A DNA stretch of 24,000 nt from an uncultured Actinomycetota bacterium (GCA_963765905.1 CAVXXY010000006.1:699630-723629), one strand, 5' to 3'; shown: positions 1-7,876, numbered from the stretch's first letter. The notes: generated from the letters alone by a model not told the origin. Translations and numbers: made by a program.

Positions 1-155
1 TGGTCGGTGTGCTTGCGGCAGCGCGGGCAGAACTTCTTCAGCTCAAGACGATCCGGGTCGTTGCGCCGGTTCTTCTTGGTGATGTAGTTGCGCTCCTTGC
101 ACTCCACGCAGGCCAAGGTGATCTTGGGACGTACGTCGCTGGTCTTGCTGGCCAC
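1..155 (-). CDS. rpmG: 50S ribosomal protein L33, 3' end runs off the window
   Basis: Reverse complement translates from GTG (153-155) as [51 protein letters not shown]. This is the characteristic L33 sequence with its CxxC...CxxC zinc ribbon. It is not in the ORF track because it is truncated. Confidence 0.9.
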   Translation of the reverse strand, partial: MASKTSDVRPKITLACVECKERNYITKKNRRNDPDRLELKKFCPRCRKHTD

Positions 156-232
156 GGTGGTGCCTCTTCTTTGCTCGTCGGTATTGCAACGCCCAAGTCT
201 GCCCTACGGGACAAGGGCCGACCAAACTTCAG

Positions 233-306
233 TAGCGGGGGCGGGACTCGAACCCGCGACACCACGATTATGAGCCGTGTGCTCTAACCACCTGAGCTAC
301 CCCGCC
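233..306 (-). tRNA. tRNA-Met (anticodon CAU)
   Basis: Reverse complement is GGCGGGGTAGCTCAGGTGGTTAGAGCACACGGCTCATAATCGTGGTGTCGCGGGTTCGAGTCCCGCCCCCGCTA. It folds by eye as a cloverleaf with D-arm GCTC/GAGC, anticodon loop CTCATAA and T-arm GCGGG-TTCGAGT-CCCGC. CCA is not encoded. Confidence 0.9.
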
Positions 307-352
307 ACCGGGACGGGGGTCCCGGACCATTCGGTCCGGTTTCCCTACCCAG

Positions 353-425
353 AGCCCCTTTACGGAATCGAACCGTAGACCTTCTCCTTACCATGGAGAC
401 GCTCTGCCGACTGAGCTAAAGGGGC
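353..425 (-). tRNA. tRNA-Thr (anticodon GGU)
   Basis: Reverse complement is GCCCCTTTAGCTCAGTCGGCAGAGCGTCTCCATGGTAAGGAGAAGGTCTACGGTTCGATTCCGTAAAGGGGCT. The acceptor stem is GCCCCTT/AAGGGGC, the anticodon stem-loop is CTCC-ATGGTAA-GGAG and the T-loop is GGTTCGATTCC. Confidence 0.9.
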
Positions 426-490
426 AAGCCGCAGAGAAGGATACACAGCCGCGACCCGAACACTGAAATCGGTATGAGACGGTCAACCCC

Positions 491-1264
491 GTGACCTCTT
501 TCTACGTCTCCAGACCCGACGGCGGGTTCGACTCCCAGCCCACCACGCCCTCGGCCTGGAGCCCCCAGCACCAGCACGGCGGGCCGCCCTCGGCCCTGAT
601 GGCCCGGGCGATCGAGGCACTGCCGGAGGCGCAGGACCGGGTGATCGGCCGGATGACCGTGGAGCTCCTCGGCCCGGTGCCCGTCGCCCCGGTCACAGTC
701 TCCACGTCCGTGCTGCGCAACGGTCGCTCGGTCGCTCTCGTGGAGGCCACCCTGTCGGCCGAGCGGCCTTTGGCAAGGGCCAGCGCCTGGCTCTTCCCCA
801 GCGGCGCGTCGGGGCTGCCGGCCGCGGAAAAGCCGCTGTCGCACGGGCCCGCCGACGGCGTACTCCGCGAGTTCCCCGCCTCGTGGCAGTCCGGCTACGT
901 CACCGCGACGGAGTGGCGGTGGGTCGATGGCGGGCTCCACCAGGGCAGGGCCGTGGCCTGGATGCGGCCGACGGTGGATCTGGTCGACGACGAGCCCTGG
1001 TCCGCCGTACCCCGGCTGCTCTCGCTGGTCGACTCGGCGTCCGGGGTGTCGTCGGCGTTGGACCCGGCCGAGTGGCTGTTCCTCAACACCGAGCTGAGCG
1101 TGCACGTGCTGCGCCCTCCCGTCGGCGAGTGGCTCTGCCTCGACGCGCAGACGACGCTGTCGTCAGGGAGCGTGGGGCTCGCCACCTCCGCCGTGTACGA
1201 CGAGAAGGGGCTCGTCGGCCGGTCGGCACAGGCACTGCTCATCCAGCAGGCGCCTCCGCGCTGA
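491..1264 (+). CDS. thioesterase-like superfamily protein (TesB-like double hotdog acyl-CoA thioesterase family)
   Basis: 257-aa ORF with a GTG start. The N-terminal segment (SAWSPQHQHGGPPSALMARAIEAL) and overall length resemble actinobacterial thioesterase-like (4HBT_3-type) proteins. Its 3' end overlaps the convergent gene by 26 bp. Confidence 0.6.
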   Translation: MTSFYVSRPDGGFDSQPTTPSAWSPQHQHGGPPSALMARAIEALPEAQDRVIGRMTVELLGPVPVAPVTVSTSVLRNGRSVALVEATLSAERPLARASAWLFPSGASGLPAAEKPLSHGPADGVLREFPASWQSGYVTATEWRWVDGGLHQGRAVAWMRPTVDLVDDEPWSAVPRLLSLVDSASGVSSALDPAEWLFLNTELSVHVLRPPVGEWLCLDAQTTLSSGSVGLATSAVYDEKGLVGRSAQALLIQQAPPR

Positions 1265-2000
1265 GCACCTCGATCCGGATGCGCTTGTTGTCCTTGCCCT
1301 TGCTCTCGGTGCCGGCGACGCGCACCGCGCCGACCTCCGCCGTCGACAGGAGATGCGTGCCGCCATCGGCCTGACGGTCGAGGCCGATGATGTCGATCAC
1401 GCGCAGCGGGTCGATCTCACGCGGGATGAGGTCGGCCGCGGTGCGGATCAGGGCGGGGTCCGCGTCGGCCACGCCGCGCGGGACGAAGTCGACGACGATC
1501 TCGTGGGCCTTCTCGATCTCCTCGTTGATGCGGCGCTCGACCTGGGCGCCGAGGTCGGCCGACATCGCCGGGAAGGGGAAGTCCAGCCGTCCCTTGAGGG
1601 GTTCCATGTTGCCGCCGGTGACCGGGATGCCGTAGTCGGCCCAGATCACCCCGCACAGCACATGCAGAGCGGTGTGGGTGCGCATCAGCGCGTGCCGGCG
1701 GTCCCAGTCGAGCTCGCCCTCCACCTCAGTACCGGGGTCGGGAAGGTCGTCGGTGGCCAGGACGTGCCAGATCGCACCGCCCTCACGGCGTACCGAGGTC
1801 ACGGCGCGGCCGGCGATCGTGCCCAGGTCGTGCGGCTGGCCACCACCACCGGGGTAGAACGCTGTGCGGTCCAGTCGCACCCGGCGACGTTCTGTGTCGA
1901 GCTCGACGACCTTGGCCTCGAAACCACGGATGTACGCATCGACGGCGAAGAGCTCGGTTGCGACGAGGTCTGCCGGCGGCGGGTTGCCTGGGACGCCCAT
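1239..2000 (-). CDS. AlaX-like alanyl-tRNA editing / metal-dependent hydrolase (tRNA synthetase second additional domain family)
   Basis: 253-aa ORF with an ATG start. It has the N-terminal LFAVDAYIRGFEAKVVEL...RTAFYPGGGGQPHD segment and the HTALH (HxxxH) motif. A DGGTH motif sits where AlaRS editing domains normally carry CGGTH. Confidence 0.75.
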   Translation of the reverse strand: MGVPGNPPPADLVATELFAVDAYIRGFEAKVVELDTERRRVRLDRTAFYPGGGGQPHDLGTIAGRAVTSVRREGGAIWHVLATDDLPDPGTEVEGELDWDRRHALMRTHTALHVLCGVIWADYGIPVTGGNMEPLKGRLDFPFPAMSADLGAQVERRINEEIEKAHEIVVDFVPRGVADADPALIRTAADLIPREIDPLRVIDIIGLDRQADGGTHLLSTAEVGAVRVAGTESKGKDNKRIRIEVLSAEAPAG

Positions 2001-2011
2001 GCCTCACTGAA

Positions 2012-2674
2012 TCATGCGTAGCGCCAGAGGGCCACGTGATAGCTGACGCCGAACGGGTCGTCGTCGTACGCCAGCCGCGAGGTCCGCGGAGGACCTGCCG
2101 CACCGAGCACGCGGAACGCTGTGCGACCCAGCACCATCAGCTCGTCGGCCAGCTTCGTGTCCATGCTGGACAGCGCCTCCGCATCGCCCTGGTCGAGCGC
2201 TCGCGCCGTCGCCTGGTCGAACGGAAAGGCCCGCTCGTCGAGGTAGCCGGGGGCCTTGTCCCCCCGGCGCGCGCTGCCCTCACCGAGGACGAGCAGCACC
2301 GTGCGCTCGTCGCCGCGCGGGACCGCGTCGAGGACCTCGGCGTCGGTCGCGTCCCAGCCGAGCGTGCGCAGCTCGGTGGAGCCCGTCCACCCGGCCTCGT
2401 CGAGCAGCCGCCTCCCGATCCCCACCGACAGCGGGAGTCCGGGCTCCTCGAGACGCGGCCCGGTGGTGCCGAAGCGGCGTACGTCGGGCGAGCCGTGCCA
2501 GGTGCGGGCGTCGTCGGCCGCACCGACGACGACGACACGCTCGGGGCCGAGCCCCAGCGCCTCGCGGAGAACGTCCTGGCACGCCTTGCGCAGATCCGCC
2601 GCGACGTCCTGGATCCCGCTCAGCTCCCGGAACAGGAGAGGCGGGTGCGGGCACAACACGGCAGCGACGATCAC
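2012..2674 (-). CDS. class III extradiol dioxygenase subunit B-like (LigB/Memo-like fold) protein, function unknown
   Basis: I start this gene at the GTG at 2672-2674, which overlaps the upstream TGA as GTGA. The N-terminus VIVAAVLCPHPPLL matches the LigB-family strand-His-Pro-Pro motif. The rest of the 401-aa ORF in the track overlaps folP and is Arg/Gly-rich noise. Confidence 0.55.
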   Translation of the reverse strand: MIVAAVLCPHPPLLFRELSGIQDVAADLRKACQDVLREALGLGPERVVVVGAADDARTWHGSPDVRRFGTTGPRLEEPGLPLSVGIGRRLLDEAGWTGSTELRTLGWDATDAEVLDAVPRGDERTVLLVLGEGSARRGDKAPGYLDERAFPFDQATARALDQGDAEALSSMDTKLADELMVLGRTAFRVLGAAGPPRTSRLAYDDDPFGVSYHVALWRYA

Positions 2675-3531
2675 GCGAGCCCCCGGACTACGGCTTGTGG
2701 GGCCCGCGTGCCCTTGATGGCGCCGACCATGTCGAGCACCTGACGGGTCTCGGCCACCTCGTGCACGCGGTAGACCTGCGCGCCGAGCCATGCACTGACC
2801 GCAGTAGCGGCGAGCGTCCCCGTCACCCGGTCGCCCAAGCCTTTGCCCAGCGCCTCGCCGACGAAGTCCTTGTTGGAAAGACTCACCAGCACCGGCCAGC
2901 CGGTCGCGCACATCTCGTCGAGGCGCCGGGTGAGCTCCAAGGAGTGCCAGGTGTTCTTGTCGAAGTCGTGCGCCGGGTCGATCAGGATCGACTCGCGGTC
3001 TACTCCTGCCGCGAGAGCTCGCCCGGCCAGGGCAACGGTGTCCTCGATGGCGCTGGCCACCACGTCGTCGTACGACGGACGGTGGGGTGGTGTGCGCGGA
3101 GTCGCGCCGTTGGTGTGCGTGCAGACGTACGCCGCGTCGTGCTCGGCCGCTACGTCCAGCAGGCCGGGGTCGAAGCCGCCCCACGCGTCGTTCAGGACGT
3201 CCGCACCCGCCTGGCACACGGCCTGGCCCACGCTGGCCCGCCAGGTGTCGACGCTGACCACCAGGTCGGGGAACTCGGAACGGACCTTCGCCACGAAGCC
3301 GGCCACCCGGCGGATCTCCTCGGCGTCGTCGACGATCTCGCCCGGCCCCGCCTTGACGCCGCCGATGTCGACCAGGTCGGCTCCCTGCTCGACGACCAGG
3401 CGCACGCGCTCGAGCGCCTTCTCCTCGGCCCAGGTCGCGCCGCGGTCGTAGAAGGAGTCCTTGGTCCGGTTGACGATGGCCATCACCAGGAGGTCGGTGT
3501 CCTGGAAGGTTCGGCGTCCCAACTTGAGCAC
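2671..3531 (-). CDS. folP: dihydropteroate synthase family protein, FolP2 (Rv1207-type) paralogue
   Basis: The pterin-binding TIM-barrel family is clear from DIGGVKAGPGE, SVDTWRA, LNDAWGG, LIDPAHDFDKN, SLSNKDFVGE and YRVHEV. The N-terminus MAIVNRTKDSFYDRGA and C-terminus VRGLA match my recollection of mycobacterial FolP2. Start chosen at GTG 3529-3531, which has GGAGGG about 13 nt upstream. Alternative starts are ATG 3619-3621 and TTG 3640-3642. Confidence 0.8.
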   Translation of the reverse strand: MLKLGRRTFQDTDLLVMAIVNRTKDSFYDRGATWAEEKALERVRLVVEQGADLVDIGGVKAGPGEIVDDAEEIRRVAGFVAKVRSEFPDLVVSVDTWRASVGQAVCQAGADVLNDAWGGFDPGLLDVAAEHDAAYVCTHTNGATPRTPPHRPSYDDVVASAIEDTVALAGRALAAGVDRESILIDPAHDFDKNTWHSLELTRRLDEMCATGWPVLVSLSNKDFVGEALGKGLGDRVTGTLAATAVSAWLGAQVYRVHEVAETRQVLDMVGAIKGTRAPQAVVRGLA

Positions 3532-3651
3532 TGTGGTGAGGCTACCCTCCCCAGGGCCGCGAGTCCGACACGAGCGGACTAGTCCGCATGGAGGGGCGAC
3601 ATCCGCCGCCTCGGAGGGCATGCTTGGGGGTGGATCGAGCAAGGGGGCTCA

Positions 3652-4110
3652 ATGAACAAGACCTATCGCATCCTCGCCAACACCATCGTCATCCTGGTCG
3701 TGGTCCAGGCCATGATGATCGTGTTCGCCGTTGCGGGGCTGTTCCACTGGATCGACGAGGGAGCGACCCTCGACAAGGCCGTGATCGAGGGCTGGGAGGA
3801 CGAGCCGCCCACCTGGCAGGGCGCCATCGGTCACTTCGTCCACGTGATGGCTGGCACGTACCTGATCCCGCTGCTGGGCATCATCCTGCTGGTCGTCGCG
3901 TTCTTCGCGACGGTCCCCGGCGGGGTGAAGTACGCAGCCATCGTCGCGGCCTCCATCGCGGTGCAGGTCACCGTCGGCATCATGGCCGACTCGGCGCCGT
4001 GGCTGGGCCTCGTGCACGGGCTGAACGCCTTCATCCTCTTCATGTCGGCGATCATGGCGGCGCGCGCGGCCAGACCGGCTGACGTGCGGCAGCCTGCGAT
4101 GGCCGGGTGA
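3652..4110 (+). CDS. small integral membrane protein (4 predicted TM helices), unknown function
   Basis: 152-aa ORF with an ATG start preceded by AAGGGGG. It has four hydrophobic stretches and several His residues near the helix ends (FHW, GHFVHVM, LVHGLN). Its stop overlaps the next gene's start as GTGA at 4107-4110. Confidence 0.7.
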   Translation: MNKTYRILANTIVILVVVQAMMIVFAVAGLFHWIDEGATLDKAVIEGWEDEPPTWQGAIGHFVHVMAGTYLIPLLGIILLVVAFFATVPGGVKYAAIVAASIAVQVTVGIMADSAPWLGLVHGLNAFILFMSAIMAARAARPADVRQPAMAG

Positions 4111-5546
4111 CCAAAGCACGACTCCGGCTGCTGCTGGCAGTCGTAGCAACGCTGGCCGTCGTCGCACCACTCGGGTACTTCTGGCAGCAGAGCCGGATGC
4201 CCGGCAGCTACAACGTCATGGAGATGGGCTACGTCGACAACGGCGGCGGCAGTGCGGTCAGCCATGCCCACCATGGCTCGGGCGGCACGAGCGTTGCGGA
4301 CCTCCGGTCCCCCACCGACCGTGCGCCAGACGTGCGGTTCGAGCTGGTCGCGCGCAAGGAGCGCTTCGAGCTCGCCTCGGGACGCGCGTTCGACGGCTAC
4401 ACGCTCAACGGCCAGTCGCCAGGACCGCAGCTGACCGTGCGCCAGGGCCAGCTCGTCGAGGTGGTCCTGCGCAACGAGTCGGTGCCCGACGGGGTGAGCG
4501 CGCACTGGCACGGCGTCGACGTCCCGAACGCCGAGGACGGCGTCGCGGGTGTCACCCAGGCAGCCGTGCGCCGCGGCCAGGAGCACACCTACCGCTTCGT
4601 TGCCGAGCAGGTCGGCACCTACTGGTACCACTCGCACCAGGTCTCGCACACCCAGGTCGTGCGCGGCCTGTTCGGCTCGATCGTCGTGCTGCCGGCCAAG
4701 TCGGACGGGCGCCTGGACATCACCGCCGTCACCCACACGTACGCCGCCGTGCGCACGGTCAACGGCGAGGAGGGCACCACGGTCGTGGCAGCCGACCCCG
4801 GCCAGGTCGCCCGGGTCCGCGTGGTCAACACCGACAACGGCCTGGTGCAGGTGTGGACCGCGTCGCCGTACCGGGTCCTGGCCGTCGACGGCTACGACGT
4901 CAACCAGCCCACGCCCGTCGAGGGGCGGTCGGTGCAGGTCGCGGCCGGCGGGCGGGTCGACCTGGAGGTGACCGCCCCCGCCCGGGTGCAGGTCGGTGGC
5001 GCGACCGCCGTCGTGGTCGGCACCGACAGCGACAAGCCCGAGCAGCCCGACAAGGAGCTCGACCTGCTGTCCTACGGCTCTCCGGCCGACCTTCCGTTCG
5101 ACGCCGAGCAGGCCGACCGGCACTTCGACTACCGGATCGGACGCAAGCCAGGCTTCGTCGACGGCAAGCCCGGGATCTGGTGGTCCATCAACGGGCACCT
5201 CTGGCCGGACGTCCCGATGTTCGCCGTCGAGGAGGGCGACGTCGTCGTCTTCCGCATCAAGAACAGCAGTGGCGAGGTGCACCCGATGCACCTGCACGGC
5301 CACCACGCCGTCGTACTGTCGCGCGACGGGAAGCCCGCTACAGGCAGCCCCTGGTGGGTCGACTCGCTCGACGTCGAGAACGGCGAGGAGTTCGAGATCG
5401 CCTTCCTCGCCGACAACCCCGGGATCTGGATGGACCACTGCCACAACCTCACCCACGCTGCCGAGGGACTCGTGGCACACCTGATGTACGCCGGGGTGAC
5501 CACACCGTTCATGCTTGGCGACGACTCGGGCAACGAGCCGGAGTAG
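4107..5546 (+). CDS. multicopper oxidase (laccase-like), N-terminal signal/anchor
   Basis: All four copper motifs are present: HWHG, YWYHSH, HPMHLHGH and HCHNLTHAAEGL. The N-terminus MTKARLRLLLAVVATLAVVAPLG is hydrophobic. Confidence 0.9.
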   Translation: MTKARLRLLLAVVATLAVVAPLGYFWQQSRMPGSYNVMEMGYVDNGGGSAVSHAHHGSGGTSVADLRSPTDRAPDVRFELVARKERFELASGRAFDGYTLNGQSPGPQLTVRQGQLVEVVLRNESVPDGVSAHWHGVDVPNAEDGVAGVTQAAVRRGQEHTYRFVAEQVGTYWYHSHQVSHTQVVRGLFGSIVVLPAKSDGRLDITAVTHTYAAVRTVNGEEGTTVVAADPGQVARVRVVNTDNGLVQVWTASPYRVLAVDGYDVNQPTPVEGRSVQVAAGGRVDLEVTAPARVQVGGATAVVVGTDSDKPEQPDKELDLLSYGSPADLPFDAEQADRHFDYRIGRKPGFVDGKPGIWWSINGHLWPDVPMFAVEEGDVVVFRIKNSSGEVHPMHLHGHHAVVLSRDGKPATGSPWWVDSLDVENGEEFEIAFLADNPGIWMDHCHNLTHAAEGLVAHLMYAGVTTPFMLGDDSGNEPE

Positions 5547-5547
5547 C

Positions 5548-6279
5548 TCAGCCCGACGACTTGGCGTCGATCGCGCCGGCGACCTGGTTGGCGAGAAGAA
5601 CCGCGACTCGTCGCTGCTCGCGCGTGGGATAGGAGATCCGGGACGCCGAGGTGATCACGAAGTGACCCAGCGTGGTCGGACCACGCTGCACCACCAGCGC
5701 TACCTGCTCGTCGAACGGCAGCCCGTGACGGCCGACGTCGACCGACCGCCCTGCCCGCGTCACGTCACCCTCGTGGTCCATGATCGCCAGCCGGCTGTCG
5801 TGCACCGGCCCGGGCACGTAGTCGCATCGGGGGACGTCCAGCACCGCCTGGATCTGGCGGCGCGCCATCTCGATGCCCTCACGGACGTCGGCGGACGCGA
5901 CCAGCTCCGCCGTAGCGAGCACGCCCTCGAGGTAGCCGGATCGCCGAGCGGCGCGCGCCTGATGTCGATGCCCCCACGTCGCCACCTCGGTGACGGCCAG
6001 GCCGACCACCAGCAGCAGCACGACGACCTCGACGTCGTCGGGGTCGTCGATGGTGAGCCGGTGGTAGGGCTCGGTGAGGAAGAAGTTGAACCAGAGGCCG
6101 GCGCTTAGGGCCGTCAGCAGCCCGGCGAGCCGGTCACCGGTCGCCGCCGCCGCGACTACCCACAGCACCAGCACCAGCGCGGCGGTGGCCGTGGTGACCT
6201 CCGAGCGGAAGGCCGCGAGGACAGCGGAGGTGGTCAGGGTCGCAACAACGCCACCGAACACGTTCCAAGGTCTGTACAC
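5548..6279 (-). CDS. DUF4118 (KdpD-type transmembrane domain) protein with an uncharacterised C-terminal domain and no kinase domain
   Basis: 243 aa. It has three TM helices followed by FFLTEPYHRLTIDDPDDV, the hallmark of the DUF4118/KdpD membrane domain. About 120 further residues follow, without HisKA/HATPase motifs. Confidence 0.65.
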   Translation of the reverse strand: MYRPWNVFGGVVATLTTSAVLAAFRSEVTTATAALVLVLWVVAAAATGDRLAGLLTALSAGLWFNFFLTEPYHRLTIDDPDDVEVVVLLLVVGLAVTEVATWGHRHQARAARRSGYLEGVLATAELVASADVREGIEMARRQIQAVLDVPRCDYVPGPVHDSRLAIMDHEGDVTRAGRSVDVGRHGLPFDEQVALVVQRGPTTLGHFVITSASRISYPTREQRRVAVLLANQVAGAIDAKSSG

Positions 6280-6336
6280 ACTTCCGTTGTACGCCGGCCG
6301 AGGCAGGCTGCACCGTGCTTCGACGTTAGCGTCACG

Positions 6337-7797
6337 TTAGGACTTCGCGGCTGCGTCGCGCCCGGCCCGGCGCCCGAAGAAGGACGCCTCTCCGAGCTGC
6401 GTGCCGGACGAGTACCCCTTGCCGTCGACGGCGATGTTGGACGCGCACGCCCCGGCCGCGTAGAGCCCAGGGACGACGCTGCCGTCGTCTCGGAGCAGTG
6501 CGCCGTCCACGGTCACGCGCAGGCCCCCGCACGAGAAGCCGGCGTAGAAGCACTTGCCCGGAGTGAGGTCGTAGGCGCCCCACGGCCCTTGGTCCAGCGG
6601 TACGACGTACTCCGGCGCCTTGCTGAAGGCGGGGTCCTCCCCCTCGGCGGCAGCCTTGTTGTAGTCGGTCATCGTCGCCACCAGCGCGCCCTCGGGCATG
6701 CCCAGACCGGCCTCCATCTCCTCGATGGTCTCCCAGCCGTCGACGAGCGGCTGGAAGCCGTAGGCCGGACGGTCCATCGTGGCCGAGTCGAGGATGAGGT
6801 AGGCGACCCGGTCGGGCTGGTCGAACACGAAGGCCGACGTGCGCGAGTGGTAGGAGTCCTCGTTGACGAACCGCTGCCCGTGCTTGTTGACCGCGATGCC
6901 CCGCAGCAGCCCCTCGGGCGGGTAGAAGGGGGCGGTGAAGAACGCGCCGTCCAGGTGGTCGGCCACTCCCCCGACCGACTCGCCGAGCCGGATGCCGAGG
7001 CCGTCGTCGTAGGTGTTGCCCAGCGCCATCCCGTTGTCGTCGAGTGCGAGCAGCGACGGCGCGTGCTGCTCGACCATGTCGTGGTTGAGGACGAAGCCGC
7101 CGGCCGCCAGGACGACCGAGCCGGCACGGATGAAGCCGGTCTCGTCGAAGCGGCGCCACGCGACGCCCGCCACGACGTCGCCGGAGATGACCAGAGCGGT
7201 GGCCCCGGTCTCGAAACGCACCTCGACGCCCAGCTCGGCCAGCTTGTCCAGGGCGAGACCCACGACCATCCCGGCGCCACCGGCATCGCCGGTCACGGGC
7301 ACCTTGTGCCCGCGCGGCGCCGGCTTGGCCAGCTCCCTCACCGGGAGGCACTTCTCGTTGCCGGTGAACATCAGGCCCTGCGTCTCGGGCTGGATCACGG
7401 CCTTGTGCGGGTAGAACGAACGCTCGAACTCGAAGCCCAGAGACTCCAGCCACCCGAAGTGCTCCACGCTGCCCTCGGCGTAGAGGCGGATCTTCTCCGG
7501 GTCGCACTCGGGCGACATCGCGCGCAGGTACGCCGCCATCTCCTCGGGGCTGTCGTCCCAGCCGGTCGCCTCCTGCACCGGGGTTCCGCCGCCGAGGTAG
7601 AAGTGACCGCCGGCCATGGCGCTCGTGCAGGTCAGCCGCCCGCCGCGGTCGATCACCAGCACCCGCGCGCCCGCCTCGACGGCCGCCAGCGCGGCAGTGA
7701 CCCCGGCCATGCCCGCGCCGACGACGAGCACGTCCACCTCGTCGGACCAGGCAGGGACGTCCGCAGCCGGGATAGGGGCAGGGGGAGCTGTCGTCAT
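6337..7797 (-). CDS. FAD-binding dehydrogenase (FAD_binding_2 family; 3-ketosteroid dehydrogenase / fumarate reductase flavoprotein-like)
   Basis: 486 aa. The N-terminus carries the dinucleotide fold DVLVVGAGMAGVTAALAA..GARVLVIDR. The C-terminus has PGLYAAGACA, typical of this family. Confidence 0.85.
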   Translation of the reverse strand: MTTAPPAPIPAADVPAWSDEVDVLVVGAGMAGVTAALAAVEAGARVLVIDRGGRLTCTSAMAGGHFYLGGGTPVQEATGWDDSPEEMAAYLRAMSPECDPEKIRLYAEGSVEHFGWLESLGFEFERSFYPHKAVIQPETQGLMFTGNEKCLPVRELAKPAPRGHKVPVTGDAGGAGMVVGLALDKLAELGVEVRFETGATALVISGDVVAGVAWRRFDETGFIRAGSVVLAAGGFVLNHDMVEQHAPSLLALDDNGMALGNTYDDGLGIRLGESVGGVADHLDGAFFTAPFYPPEGLLRGIAVNKHGQRFVNEDSYHSRTSAFVFDQPDRVAYLILDSATMDRPAYGFQPLVDGWETIEEMEAGLGMPEGALVATMTDYNKAAAEGEDPAFSKAPEYVVPLDQGPWGAYDLTPGKCFYAGFSCGGLRVTVDGALLRDDGSVVPGLYAAGACASNIAVDGKGYSSGTQLGEASFFGRRAGRDAAAKS

Positions 7798-7807
7798 GGC
7801 CTCATCT

Positions 7808-7821
7808 TAGAACAGGTTCTA
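7808..7821. promoter_or_regulatory. inverted repeat TAGAAC-AG-GTTCTA, candidate operator next to the FAD dehydrogenase start
   Basis: Perfect 6-bp arms with a 2-bp spacer, 11 nt upstream of the minus-strand ATG at 7797. It lies in the only AT-richer stretch of the intergenic region. Confidence 0.25.
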
Positions 7822-7876
7822 GTTTTGTTGTGGTGTTGGTCGCGTTGCGGGGGCCGGGCCACTCCGCTAGCGTAGT

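Noticed and set aside
233-425. The tRNA-Thr/tRNA-Met pair as a possible integration site for a genomic island.
   Set aside because: There is no integrase and no duplicated tRNA 3' segment. The tRNA 3' ends face rpmG, and I recall tRNA-Thr, tRNA-Met, rpmG as a conserved actinobacterial arrangement. The flanking genes show no compositional break that I can see.
2675-3217. Upstream extension of the 2012-3217(-) ORF (401 aa).
   Set aside because: It overlaps folP in another frame and has an extreme Arg/Gly composition. The LigB-like homology starts at the GTG at 2672-2674.
7808-7821. TAGAAC-AG-GTTCTA as a LexA SOS box.
   Set aside because: The actinobacterial LexA box is TCGAAC-N4-GTTCGA. Here the spacer is 2 nt and the flanking TC/GA bases are missing. 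I keep it only as a generic candidate operator.
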